A stretch of DNA of 63,045 nucleotides, filler included, from Lenisia limosa (Eukaryota > Protista > Breviatea), in NCBI GenBank assembly GCA_001655205.1. It is 10 parts of 10 records of this genome, joined end to end, with 100 filler letters (N's around TTAATTAATTAA, not from the genome) between each part and the next. Parts side by side here need not be neighbours in the genome. Positions count along the whole stretch, not along the records: positions 1 to 26,349 come from LPNZ01010311.1; 9 more parts are not named here. One strand, written 5' to 3'. The notes under the pieces are model-generated. The model searched no databases, was not told the DNA's origin, and saw only the letters and a program-made list of their open reading frames with translations. Within the stretch, counting starts at the first letter, position 1. Each line of letters starts with the position of its first letter. Of the stretch, positions 12,891 through 26,449 are shown one piece after another. Made by a program: the position numbers and the translations under genes.

Positions 12891-13931
12891 AAAATTAGAG
12901 ATGCAAGAAGGAACATGTTCCAAAGTGGATGTCAATTGCTTGAAGATGCAATTTAGTTTGGTTTACTAAAATGAGATATATATAATAAAATAAAAATTAA
13001 GGAAGAAGCGGAGAGAATTGGAAGAAGAGAATATCTCAGACAGATGAATCAAATTTAGTGAAAAAGATTTAAATACCAAATTGCAATATTATAATACATA
13101 TTACTCTTATTTGTAAATTTACTCATGTAAAAATGGCTCATACAGGATAATGAAGCATACTGAGGGTAAAACTGATTGAGAGAGCCGCAGAATGGTGGTG
13201 AGACCGGTCGAAAGGAGGACATTATTCTTATAAATAGTATCTAAATCAATTAGAAAGCAATAAATATCTCTGAACGGTCAGTTCCCAAATTTAGTGAAAG
13301 CAAGTCAGGACAAATATTCAACAATTATGCCTAATATTGATAGGATATAAAATATTAAATGTATTATACTTGAAAAAGAAGGATCAGATGTGAATTAAGC
13401 ATTATGCTTACCTGAGGAGCAACAGACGGAGAGAAACAAAGCTATTTCTGAACGATTTTATAAGTTTGATTAGCTTAATAGTTATTTCATACTACAACCA
13501 AATAAACTCTTGTTTAAAAGCTGGAAATCATTTGAAGGAAATGTTGATAGAGATGACAGATATTAGAAATACTATGATGTATTTTCGTTTATTTTACATT
13601 TAACAACATATTGTAATACTTATTAACTGAATATAGTCTGAATTTTCAAGGTATTAGATTAACATATAAACTGAATATCAGTCAAAGTGTAATGGAAAAT
13701 ATTCAGTGCCTTTTGTGTTTTTGGGACAATTTTCTTATTTCTATTTTATCATTGTTTTTGGTGGAGGAGAGCGCACGAGGAGTGAGAGTATACCTGGAGC
13801 ATTGGAGCATACAGTAAAAAAAGGGACTAGTTCGACAGTTGTTATTGTGATTATCTCCTGGGGCCCTTCTTATGTCCCAATACATTGGACTATTGGACTG
13901 AAAGTATATTTGGTTTTAACCCGCGGAAATC

Positions 13932-14903
13932 ATGCCCAAGGACGAACGAAAAAGGTTTGGTATCTTTTGATATCTTTTGAAATATCATTTCTTCAGAAAA
14001 CTGACCCAGGAGGCGGAAGAGAGACAACTTAAAAGAAAAGAACGGCATAATGAAGTTGAAAGAAAGCGTAGAACCTTGATGAATGATAAGCTGAACGAAC
14101 TTCGCTCTTTGTTACCGGATTGCAATCCTGGTATATCTCTTCTTTCAACTTCACTTCCAACTTTTTAGAGACATCAAAGGCCGACTGCCTTGTTTCTGCA
14201 GTGTCATACATTAATTGGCTTCATCAGCAATCATCAGCAATATATCAAGAACTGCAAAGGAATGGCATTCCAGTTTGCATTTTGTTCTTTCAATCCTAAT
14301 TTTTAGTTCCGGCCTGAAGCTTTACTTTCAACGGGAGTCGAGGATGGTCTTGGGGAAGAGTTCTCAATAAGTCCCTCTGATGCACCCAGAATGATGACTC
14401 GAAGAAGGTTGGATGATTATTAAGAACTTATTGTTTGTTGTGTGTACTCAATGTAACACTGTAGAGCTGCACGAGCAGCAAGAGGACTCTCGCCTACACC
14501 ATCACCATCACCTTCTCCCCCTCCTTCCTCGAACCGTCATATTTCAGAAGTCCATAACCCTGAACTTGGTATGAAATAATGATTTGACTCGTATTTACTG
14601 ATGATTGTGACACTTGTTTAGTTATTGACCACCTCGAGGAGACCCCAGAAGCCCCCCCAACTACGCATACTGCTGCCCCGCTATCAAATCCAAAAATGAC
14701 TATTCTTCCACCATCATATTCTTTATCACAGCCTCCCCAACCTCAATCTCAACATGCAGCCTCACAGCCTGAGCATTCACCTCCTCCCCCTCCGCCAACT
14801 CTTGCGGTAGGTATCTTCAAAATATCATTTATTATTAATTTTCTAGCATGATAAACGGTATCCCCCAATTCCTGCTGTCCATGGTTTCAATCTAACTCCA
14901 TAA
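13932..14903 (+). CDS. bHLH transcription factor with Pro-rich C-terminus
   Basis: Spliced RKERHNEVERKRRTLMNDKLNELRSLLPDCNPETSKADCLVSAVSYINWL is a canonical basic helix-loop-helix; TAA at 14901-14903. Confidence 0.9.
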
Positions 14904-14924
14904 AAAATATTATAAATACACTAC

Positions 14925-16243
14925 CTATCCAATTCTACCTTTCATGTTACCACTTCCTTTGGCAACTGCGTCCTTGTAGTCATCCCAGTGACGTTGCTAA
15001 ATTGTGAGAATAGCTATCTTCTCAAACTTTTAAAACAGCCTCGTCATTTTCTGCCTCAAATTCCTTGACAATATCTTCCTCTTCTTGCTGTAAACGAGCT
15101 TGTTCTTCTGACGTTGGCTGGTTGGCCCCAGGAGGTGGTAAAACTAAGCAGTTTATAAGAAGAAAGGATCATCAAACCAATTTCGCCTGTTTTGATAGCC
15201 TCATCAATGTACTCTTCAATGCTCTTTGACCAAGGATTTGGATTTCTGAAAACCCCTCTCCTAACTTCACCACGTTTGTTAACTGTAAAAATATTTGCAG
15301 GCTAGCGAAATAAATACTCATAGTATACCCTACCGTTTTCTTGGCAAGTTCTGACTGTTCTATTTTTTCATCTTCAATCAATTTCTCAACATCAACCCCT
15401 TGACCTCTCATCTTTGCAATTTCCCTCAACATGTCAAACTAAACATTATCTCGCCAATTAGTGCGATGACATACCTCCTTTGCAATGTTTGAGAGATCAT
15501 TTAATGAATCAGTAATGAATAGTTCCAGTTCAGCAAGACACTAAAAATGATAAAATATCAGACCACCTTACTTGCTCTCTCAATAATTCATCGATGTCAG
15601 AGGACAAATCATCTTCATCTTCATTGAGCCTAGATATCTTCTCCTTCACAAACTTAATTTTCATTTCTGCCTCTTTGTGCTCCTTGAATCGCTGAACTTT
15701 CTCTTCTCGGGAAACATGCATTTCTTCCTTTCCTTCTCTCTTAATAACCTCCAGATCCTTAAAAATAACATGAGGGACAAATGCCACCATACCTTTTCAT
15801 TGAGGAGATTATAGTCATCCATGCGACGAAGGAAGAACAAGAGGTATTCCTGGAGATATGATACAAATTATATGACTTACCTTTGCTCTTGCTAAATGTA
15901 AAATTCTTTTATCATAGTCAGGATTTCTTTGAATAAGCTCAGAAAGATAAACTGGAATACTCAAAAATCTGAGGTGATTCGTAGGGACTTCTTCCAGTTC
16001 CTCATTTTTTGAAAACAGTCCAGCCTAAAGAATCAAAAAGAACCACTTCTTACACTTTCAGAAGCCATTCCAACACGACTTAAGCAATCCCAAGCTTCAT
16101 CAACTTAAAAATAAGGGTGATGTACACACCAAACCTTTTGAGTTAAGGAGGTCAGAATTATTAGGGAACTCTCCATTTTCAATTTTATTATAAAGAGCAA
16201 CTCCAAACTCTAAGTCTTCACGGAGGGTGCGACAATCAGACAT
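14925..16243 (-). CDS. TAP42: TAP42/alpha4 (IGBP1) PP2A regulatory protein
   Basis: GLFSKNEELEEVPTNHLRFLSIP, SREEKVQRFKEHKE and C-terminal DYKDAVAKGSGNMKGRIG* fit the recalled TAP42 family motifs. Confidence 0.85.
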
Positions 16244-16640
16244 TTTTGGATATCAGGTCTACTTCTTGACCTATTCGTTTTTTTTCGATTGGCTGTGATT
16301 CAATAAATAATTTGTGTTGTGTCAAGTGTGTTCACGTGTTCAAGGATGAAAAGTTGATGAAAAGGGCTAGACAAAGGGAAGAGGGAGAGGAGGGGTGTGC
16401 AGGCACGGGGGCACGAGCAGGAAGGAAGGGCGGGGAAAAACAACCGGTGGCGGAGTTATGAGACTTCCCAAAATAGAAGCCTTGATGGTTTCAAGAAAAA
16501 AAAAAGTTGTAGGAAGCCAGGGAACAACAAATACGTCTTTTGGCATTGTTGCAGTGTGTTAGCAAGTGAAAATTATTAGTGATAAGTTATACCCCACACA
16601 TTCTCAAATCCCTCTTAACTCCCTACTCTCCAAATATCCA

Positions 16641-19600
16641 ATGGCAAACATGGTCACCTCTAAGCTTATTGATGACCATAACTCGAAATATTTCAATGGG
16701 GGAAAATGGGGAAGGCAAACAAAAACAATTATTGTACCCCCTTCTCATACTGCCCAACAGGTTAGATAAATGAAATATTGAAATATATTATGTAACATCT
16801 AGATATGCAACGGTCTGCGTAGCTCTTTCGCTGGAGTGTACCAGAAACCAAGTCCTACAACATATCAGTCAATTGAAGAAGACTATTGGGAATGTGACAC
16901 TCCAAGAACTAATCTTATAGATGGTGTTTATGATCAGTCTCCTGAGCATTATCAAATTAATGAGTCGTCGTCTGACTATAACGATCGGAATCACTTTTCA
17001 GAATCCGAACGATTATTCATGTCTCACTCTTGCCCAGAGCTCTATCACCCACAATCTAGTCCGGAAATACTCCCTATTACCTCATCGATTCCTCATTTGA
17101 CAGCATCAACTCCTTCATTGCCGGAGAGGCGACAAAAAAATGAAGCTTCAAACCAATCTGAAAAAGTGAATCAAGACCAGCAAGTTGAGACAACGGTTTG
17201 ACTCCATTAATAATTATTATTAGATTGAAAAAACACAGCTTGAACCAACAATCAATCCGGAATACAAGGTTAATACTAAGTATAATTGAGGTTGAACAAA
17301 TAGCTCCAGACTATATTGCATTTTATTCTGATTCGAAACAAAATGAACTCATTTCCTTTGATCCATTCAGCATTCCTCTTCCATGCCTGGGTAAGTTTCC
17401 CTTACTACTAAGCAATTATCAAGGCACAAATAATAGCTCTGGGTTTAAACCTGTCTCAAATTCACAAAAGCTCCCGCTATCAGTTAAAAAGGGTAATTTT
17501 TTTTAATGTATTACCTTTAGGTTCTTTACGCCCCTTGATTGACGCCCATTTTAAAGGAGAACTGCATTGCTGTGAAAACTGTTTCACCTCAGTAACCCCA
17601 CAATGGAGGAAGTTAGTCATTTAATAGTTGGAATAATGAAATAGGGGTCCAAATGGACGTAATACTCTTTGTAATAGTTGTGGTTTGAAGTGGTCTTCTA
17701 TTGTAAAGCGCGAACAACAAGGAGATAACTCTTCACAAAGCGGAAATAGTTTTTGGCTTGATGAAAAACAGTAAGATTTTGTAATAACTTTTAGGATGAG
17801 TGTATCTGTGTCAAAAAAATATGAAAAACACTCAAATGTGAGATCGTCAAAACCAATTTCGATTCGTAAAAAAAGTTCAATTGGAATGGGGGCTAAAACT
17901 GTTTGGGATCTGTAATGTACAATATTGTGCTCCAAAAAAAAACCCTCCCACATTCTCATACAATACCAAGCTGTTTCATGGCCGAAAGAATGGTGTCCAC
18001 AGCATCATCACATGACTCAGAAGTAATCCTAAGAAGCAACGGTTCCCCTTTGGTCGAACTTGGTGAAAAGGCCCTTATTTCAGGAGGCTGTCCGTATTTT
18101 TCATAGTTGGGCCAAATAGTTTTGTAAAAATATCTACATTGAATGATATAACTTATTCCCTTACTCTGGGTTTTCTTTTAACCAGCTATCTCTCTGACAC
18201 CTTCTGTTGAAGCATGTTTCTTTTGGAATGTCAAGAAACACAACCAAGTCAGCCTTCTGAACAATTTCAGGTGGGTGAAGGGATAAAAATCCTTCTGAAA
18301 TTACAAGTGAATTCTAAACCAGTTACTGAGAAGAAGCAGCCCTACAGTGAGCATTGCTGAAGAAACTGCTGCAGAGTAACGGTCTAAGTCAAGAGCATCT
18401 GGTGAATCCCAACAAGGCTCTTCTCCAGTGAAAACGTCGGTTAAATGATGTTCCTATTGATATATTATCAACCATCATCGTCATACCTCGTGAAAAAAGT
18501 GATCTTGACGAATGACACGAGTATTAGGGACTTTTAAAACCAATTCTTTCAGAATAGTTGTTTTCCCTAATAAATGTCAGAACATACAGCTCCCACACCA
18601 ACCTGAACCAGAAGCTCCCGAAATCAAAATCATGGCTAAAACTAAAAACTTTGAAAAATCTCACTCGTGCTAAGTTGATACTGGTGAGAGCTAGGGATCA
18701 CAGTCACAGCACAGCTCTCAATGCAGTATTCTCTCAGTTGTATAATTATGTTTTTTTAATTATAAAACGATTCTAAAACCTAACGGTTGGAGAGAAAAGG
18801 AGAGAAAAGGTTGAGAAACTGAGTCTAAATAGACCCGCCGGCGGTCAGGTACTCACCTTTGTCTTTGACTTGTGTCCTCACTCCCTCCCTCCCTCCTCTC
18901 CCACTCCCTCTTTTCGTGCCCTGGTCGCGGAGGAAGAACCCCAACTCACTCACATTGGTACCCTCGTCGCCTCATCGCAATATGCAAGCGCCAGAAGAAG
19001 CCAACCTGGACAAAGATTGTTATCCAACTCGGACAGACCATCAGCGAAGTGTGACAGTGAATCCTCCCCCAACTGCCGACCTTGGGCTCTATTTTCATGT
19101 GAGGGACTCCAATGGAATACCTTCAAGACCAAGAGGACTTCGTAACTGCTGTGTCACAGTTAGAATTCCGGGACCTTTAAAAAAAAAGTAGTGTTCCACA
19201 CCTTTTATATTACTGTATCCAGACTTGAAACCACAGTTTGCTGGGGTGATAACAGGCCAGATTTTGATTGGCATGGAATGGAAACAATTAAATGGACAGC
19301 CCAGTAAGCATATGCGTTTTATTTACAATATATTCAGGTCTTTGAAAATGTTCCAATCGAACTCCTGCGTTTGTGAAATATGGGATCGACATCACCTTGG
19401 TTCAGATGAATTAATTGGAACTGCCATGTAGGTTTTAAGAATAGTTTGTCTTTTTGGTGATTAAATCACGGTTGTGCTCGTTGAACTGGATTTCTACTCT
19501 ATTCTATTTACTATTGGGACTTATTATCCGTTCTCTTTGAGGACTTTTTCAAGATGTACGTTAATATTAGTCGATAAAGCCTTTGGTGTATGCAATTCCA

Positions 19601-21435
19601 GCTCTCTGGCACCTTCTGAATCTGTGGCGCAGATTTTGGAGGGCCTACCCGGGTTATATCTAGTATAAGCGTAATAATGTTGAAGGCTTCCGTCAGATGC
19701 CACCTTAAATTATTCCTCGTCTCTACATATTCTATTTTTTTCTTCACTTTTATGGGGGGGGGGGGAGTAAAAACACCTCTTTTTTTCAGAGGATAACAAT
19801 CTAGTATTCCTCTTTCGGGGCTTTACTCTGAGCTTGAGTACTTGCTAAATGGTGTTGAAAATGAAGAGGTTAGAATTTTACTAGTTTTCTTTGTCATTAT
19901 TTAGAGCCCAATTGACTTACCGCAAGACTTACTCTATCTTGACGCTAACTTCCCTATCAATAATCCATTCGCCTTGGCTTCTGATGTTATCCCTTACTCC
20001 AAACCTTCTCTTGCTACCCATTCAAGTTTGTGCTTTTCTCTATATATATTGTTTTAACTACATTAGATTATCTCACCGCTGCAACTCTTCGTGTCATTGT
20101 TGCTGTTGGTCCGTTGCCTAGCACCGCTTGGCTTCTGCGTCGTGGTATCATGCAAGACCAGCCAGTTTCTGATTGGCCGTCTTCGAACCTCCTTGCTCAG
20201 GAAGTTTCCGAAAATCCATTAAAGCAAGATGCGGCAATAAATTGCTCCCTTGGCCTCCTGGGTGGATCAGTAAATGCTTTTTGCAACACTTCAGCACAGA
20301 CCTTTCCCCAAGAACCGATTTTGGTTCGAAAGTCATGCCTCATTGAGAAGACTCTTCAGCCTGTTGGTCACTCAGCAAAGCCTCCACTCATACCACCTCA
20401 GCAGACTGCAATTCTTTCATCCCCTCTCGTTACTCCTGAAAGCGCCATTAAGACAGAATCACAGCTGGAAGGGAACACACCCGTTCAGCCAATGCAATCT
20501 GCTCCAATTCACCCCAAAACTCCTCCTCAGTCGCATAAGTCATTAACTATCCTTACCCCTGAGACTTACCCTCCTTCCGCACAGAAAACTCTTTTCGCTC
20601 CAACTTCTCCAATTATCGAAAGCAATACTGGAAATGAAGTTTCCCTCATTCCCCCATCCCCAATCACGGTTGTTCAAAATGAAGAGTCTTTTTGTCAGGA
20701 TGGCTTGGAACAAACCATCATTGAAGTTGATGTTGAGCCCGAACCTACTTCTCGCATGGTTGACACTGCTACCAATGCGGCATCTCTTTTATCAAATTGC
20801 TATTTGTTTAGTGTTTCCATCTTGTCAGCTAACGAGCTTGAAGCACAGCCTGACTCAGAGGTATATGTTCAGTATCAGTTTCCTCGTGCAGGTGGTTCAT
20901 TGGCAGCTCTTCATTCAACTCCACCCCGCATTATTCGTCAAGCTAGCCAAGTATCTAAAACTTACTGTGTTGATTTTGACTGGACATGCTTGCATTCAAT
21001 AAGGTTGGTTCAGGTAGTTGTTTACCTATGTTTAGCTTACCTCCTTCAATCCAAGTTGAAGATTACTTAACTAAAGATGGAATTGCATTAGAATTTGAAA
21101 TTTGGTCACATTCAGCTGGACAGGCAGCAACCGTTTTAGGAAAAGCTGTTTTCCCTTCTGACCAACTCCTTGCAATTTTCAGAGGAGAGGTTTGTTAAAA
21201 AGAATATATTTATTTGATACGTTCAGCCGCAAAAATACTGGCTCTGGATTCGAGATGATACCCAAGAAGGGTATGTAGCGGTAGTATTCTAAGAGAATAG
21301 ATACCTCATAATAATTTACCATTCAGATATCCCTGTGTTGGAAGAATAAAAGCAGGGTTTTCAGTTCGACGAAACCCACCAGTCTCATTTGACCATGACC
21401 AATTGGCCACCAAATATGGAGATATGTCCATGTAA
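16641..21435 (+). CDS. Large multi-exon protein with several C2 domains (C2CD3-like, tentative)
   Basis: C2-like segments RNCCVTVRIPG...ETTVCWGDNRPDFDW, VCEIWDRHHLGSDELIGTA, FSVSILSANEL..EVYVQYQFP and LEFEIWSHS...VLGKAVFP, separated by Pro/Ser-rich linkers; TAA at 21433-21435. Confidence 0.6.
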
Positions 21436-21564
21436 AATCCATGTAATCGGATAGTATTTGTATAGTATTAGGAAGGTCTTTGATGTGAATGTAATACATA
21501 TTATTTATTGTGTAATAATTGGTGAAAATATATTTTACATCAAAAGAGGATTACACAAAAATAG

Positions 21565-23650
21565 TCAATTGGAAAAAGATTCGGGAATTACCATGGGAAA
21601 TAGATTAATAGGTGGGAGCGTCTGAGAAATGAATCACTTCAAATAGCTTACTTGAAGTCGTTTGTAGTATGGAGAGTTAGAAAACACAATAAACACCTTG
21701 TTGTCCTGATGCTGTGTTTCAATAGTTCCTTCAGAGTTAACAAATCCAAGAACCCACCATGATAATGCGCTCTGAGGTTATAGGGATACAAATCAAAGAA
21801 TTGAATAATAGGAACAACCATTTGGTCATGATGTCTCTAAAAGGTCAAGAAATTACTGAAGGATATACTTGACATATTTCTTCGGAGAGATAGAAAAAAC
21901 AAGACTTCTTTGAGGAATCCAATTGACTAAGAGATCTTAATTCAGAGCAATTTTTTATTCTAAAATATCATAATCGATGAAAATAAATCCGACTGTTCAA
22001 ATGTATCAAGGAAGTAAAACTGAGATTTTAAGTTTTCTCTTGAAGGGGTGTAACTAACTGGGTACTCTTCATTGAAAAACTAAAGATGATTCAAAATAAC
22101 AATCCTACCGCAAAATTCTGAAAAGAATCTTCTGTGTGAAGTCCTGATTAGTTAAATCAAACATATTTATACATAAATAAAGAGGCTATGATATAGTGAA
22201 CAAGGTTTCTGACTCTTTCTGTGACGTTTTCTCGACTAGCATCACGCGAGAAAAAAAGATCTTCTTTATGTTCTAATAGCCCAAGAGTTGTTGAGGATTC
22301 GCTGGAAGATTGGTGTGTAGTTTTATTGGAATTAAAGAGTAAAAATCTGTTTCTGGTATAGGGAGTGCATTTTGCTATATTGTTCACCATTAATAATAAG
22401 TATTATAACAAGAACAAAATAAAACAAATATCCAAGGATTTTGAGTACAGGAAGTTTTTCAAACTAGGTTTCAATTTTGAAGTTTTAATTAGATTCTTGC
22501 TGATAATTGATATTGAGAGTTCCTTATTACACGTATACATAGCCTCCTTTGAAATTTGCCATTTCTTATTTAATATTGTTTGTATTTGTGCATACCTCCG
22601 ATTTGACCAATGTTTTTGTTTCTTGAAATTTCAGGATAAAGGCATTGTCTATCATGGCGAAAGCCTAAACAGTTTATTTTAAGATAGTAAATAAAATACC
22701 TTGATCCCTTAGTGACCAATCCTAAACGATAAGAAAAATAACAACACGTAAAGAGTAATCCTACCCAATTGGTTGATGGCCAAGTCATTTCCTCATAGAC
22801 CCATCGTGGTAAAAACCATCCCAGACCGGGCATAAAGTCTGTCCTTCTAATTCTGGTTTTGTCTTTCACAGTGTGCTTCTTGCCATTGTCGTTCCAAGTT
22901 GAAATACACCAAATTGTATGATCTTCCATTGCAACAGGAACCGTGTAGTCAAAATACAAAAAGAAGTCTGGTGATACAATCAAATCATCTTCCAATATAA
23001 TCACTCCTTCAGCATTGTGATAAGCCTAATATAACGTTAAGAGAATGAGCCCTTCACCTCAATAACTTGAAAAGCATGGTACAAAAAGAAGGAGTAGTGC
23101 TCATCAATATTTGTTCTAAGAGTGAGCTGAACCAGATAATTACTACCCACTTTTGATGCTGATAGTGTCGTAAACCTGTGCTTTGGATTACTTTAGTCAC
23201 TTCCAGATTATTGCCATCCTTGAAACATAATAAGTTGAAATAAGATAACTTTAATTGAAACCATCAGGTAAAATAATAACAATGGGCAAATAATGATATA
23301 GACAAACCTGGAATATTGTCACCAGATATGGATTTACTCCCTCAGTTCCAAGAAGAGCTTCAATGACTTGGAGAAGACTCTCTGGTCTGTTGTATGTTGG
23401 CTGTCGAAGTAAGTTTACAAATAGAAGCCTACAATTATGACAGGATAACCTTTTGTTGTTGATCCATCAGAAGGAGGTTCAAAGACAAGGTTAGGCTAGA
23501 GAAATCAACTTTTAAAGGAAACCTTCTTCTTACAGCTGGTAGCAATGGTTGCTCAATATTGCCCTTGAAAAAGAAAAAAGGAAGGAATGCAAGCACCAAA
23601 AGAAGAAATACCACAAGGTGTCTCGTCCCAAACTTGGAAAAGAGTTCCAT
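21565..23650 (-). CDS. GT13 family beta-1,2-N-acetylglucosaminyltransferase (MGAT1/POMGNT1-like), type II membrane protein
   Basis: N-terminal TM HLVVFLLLVLAFLPFFFF; YNRPE; IILEDDLIVSPDFFLYF; WCISTWNDNG; RTDFMPGLGW; QCLYPEISRNKNIG. Additional upstream exons are possible. Confidence 0.88.
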
Positions 23651-24094
23651 TTGAAGAAAGTTCTAAAGATATCAAAATAGGAGTTAGTCAATTTTGTGAA
23701 ATGAAGACAATTAGTAAAAAGTAGAAACAAGTTTCATACATTGAAAGGCTTTAAAGAGAGATAAAAAATCTTTACCGTGTTGTTAAAGCATAGAACTCAG
23801 AAAAATGGCTCCGTAAGCGATCATGACTTCTGACAGGTTGGACGATTGGACTGCGGGGAGGGGGCAATAATTTGTTGGGTTGTTGGGCTGAAAGATAAAT
23901 AAATAATAAATAACCAGAATAACTACCCAAATGGGAAAGAAGAGGAAGGAGGGGCAGGTTGGGTACTTACTGTGGAAAGGGGGGAAGAGGTGGGGCGTTG
24001 AGCGTTGACGTGATATCTTTTTGTTTTTGTTTTCTTATTTTATTTTTTTCCTTTCTTTTGTATTTATTTATTTATTTGTGAAAAGTCAATCACA

Positions 24095-24693
24095 ATGGTA
24101 AGGATTGTCCCTTTTTTTTCTTTCATATTTGTAGTCTTCAGAGAAATTTAACATGCAAGCTCAGCTTGAGCATCTTCAAGCCAAGCATGTTGGTACTGGA
24201 CATCCAGAAACAACACAATAGTACGCACACTTTCGTTAATGTCTTATTTTTTAGTGAATGGATGGTTAATGTTCATCGTGATAGCCTTGCGTCTTTTGTT
24301 GGTCACCCCAACCTTTTGAGCTATTTTGCTATTGCTCAAAATGTGTCATCAGGGAGAGCACGAGCAGAAATGATGAATGTTTGAGGGTCTTTCCGATGAA
24401 TATCTGTGATTAGATAGGGAGGCTCCCCCCCCCCTTTTCTCATTTTGTCATTTTGTGAGTCAAAGGCAAAGAGGATAAACTGGTGTTCTCATACAATGGC
24501 AGATACAACCTTTCTCATTATTAATTAATTTAATTCAGCCTTAGTTTTCCTTTCCTTCAAAAATCTACTTTGTGTCAACCTGTATGATGAGTAAAATTGG
24601 ATACGTCTTGTTCTACATCGCAGTTTCACATTTTAGAAAATGATGAGCCCATGTGGTTTACCTCCTAAGAAGCCAGATCATCTTAATAACTAA
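24095..24693 (+). CDS. SF3B5: Splicing factor 3B subunit 5 (not in the ORF track)
   Basis: Spliced MSSEKFNMQAQLEHLQAKHVGTGHPETTQYEWMVNVHRDSLASFVGHPNLLSYFAIAQNVSSGRARAEMMNKMMSPCGLPPKKPDHLNN* matches SF3b10 over its full length. Confidence 0.95.
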
Positions 24694-24786
24694 ATGTATC
24701 TATCCTTTTTATGTCATCAGTTAAGTTATGATGTCGAGACTTGAAGACGAGGAAAATATAGTTATTTGAATTCAAAGAAGTGTACT

Positions 24787-26349
24787 TCACTGTTTCTGTT
24801 TTTTTCTCATCTAAAAACATTATTTGAAGAAGTTGCTTACCATTTCTTTTTCAGCAACAGCAGCTCTAGCAAGTGCGCGTTGGTGTCGCGAACTACCTGT
24901 ATTGGAAGGAGGAATAACTGTTGCTTGTTCCTTTTCAGGTAATGATTGACTTGGAAGGGCTGAAGGACTCGGCGATTGAAGAGCAAGAGAATCCGTCGTA
25001 TGGTTTTCAACAACTTTGTGGGAGGAAATGTCTTCTGAAGTAGGAGGCTCTTCAACAGAAGATTGTGATGTTTTGCTTCCTGGTTATAAATAATCAATGA
25101 CTTTTTTTAATGTGAGCAATCAAAGAATCAAAAGAGGAAGAATTTCTTCTGACTAAAGGGAAGGTCATATGGACAAATTGTCTTACTATATGATTCTCTA
25201 TCTTTAGTTGTTATTTCAGACTTCGACTTAAAATCTGTGGTGCGAGGTTCTTTGGCTTTTAACCTTGCTTTAATATCCTCTTCTTCATGGACCTGAAAAT
25301 AAAACCCCTGGCATGAAACTATTACCTTTTGAGCGAGTTTTGCATAAGAAATTGGAACTTGTGCATCAACCTACACAATCAATTTCATAAGACAATCATA
25401 AGATATTGATATAATGTTGAACATATATTATAATATATACACATATGATGCACAATATATTCTATTATTCATCTGATATCCTATATCCTATGGATATCGA
25501 ATATTGTAAAATAAAAACACGCCCTTTATCATATGATGTACCCATTCATTCGTATAAAGAATAATTGAGGCAAAGAAAAGTTTTGAGAATACGTTGTACG
25601 CATTCCAATTACTGGTGTTCCAATGGAGTACTTACGAATATCTCAGAAAATATCGAGATGTACTCATTGGTATTTTGAGAGTTTATAGTTCTCAACCTGA
25701 TATAATAGTGTATAGGTTATTCTCCTCCATTGAACTCCGTTTATACGCCTTCACCACTTAAAAACTCACATACCTCTGAGTCATGTAAAATTCGGAATTG
25801 CTTATGCCTTTCAATCATTTCCTGGATTATTAAAACGCTAAAAGATTCACCTGCACACAATCATCAGTTGTAATGAAACAAAATCCACAAACCTCTTTTG
25901 TTCCTTTTGTTGAAAGATGATACTTTGTCAATAATTTCCTTAAATCAGCTGGTTTGAGAATGTGGAACACAACTCTTGGAAGGTATTTTTGTCTGGAAAA
26001 TAAAGATGAATTGTATTTCTTACTGAATTGGAGAAGCAACTGCTGAACGGACTGGTGGCTTTGGTTTATCTTTTTCATGGATGTCCAGACATTCATTTGC
26101 ATGTATTTCAATTTTGCTCTTGTGAAAATAATTATTGCAGAAAGGGCAAAGTACCCCTTCAACTTCTGTTTTTGGTGGTGCAACATCCTCTTCTTTTACT
26201 TTCTTTGTAACAACATGTCTTTGATTGGGTAAACTTGTACTTGAGGGAACACTGTCAGCTTGAGTCCTATCATGTTAAAGGCAAAATATGCTCACCTGGC
26301 ATATGCCCAATAAGTGAGAATATTATCAATAAGGGGTACACGAACAAGG
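24787..26349 (-). CDS. RAD18: RAD18 E3 ligase homolog, 5'-truncated at the scaffold end (RING not visible)
   Basis: UBZ4 finger VLCPFCNNYFHKSKIEIHANECLD, then SAP domain LPRVVFHILKPADLRKLLTKYHLSTKGTKEEMIERHKQFRILHDSEVDAQVPIS in RAD18 order. Confidence 0.85.
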
Positions 26350-26449
26350 NNNNNNNNNNNNNNNNNNNNNNNNNNNNNNNNNNNNNNNNNNNNTTAATTA
26401 ATTAANNNNNNNNNNNNNNNNNNNNNNNNNNNNNNNNNNNNNNNNNNNN
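26350..26449. other. Artificial scaffold-joining spacer (44N-TTAATTAATTAA-44N). The 12-mer also occurs at 34700, 43532, 47690, 50600, 53430, 57471, 58871 and 61370
   Basis: Identical palindromic six-frame-stop 12-mer embedded in fixed-length N runs, nine times. Confidence 0.97.

Noticed and set aside
24787-26349. RAD18 lacking a RING domain
   Set aside because: The gene is cut by the scaffold end; the last visible exon resembles the post-RING helix, so the absence is an assembly effect.
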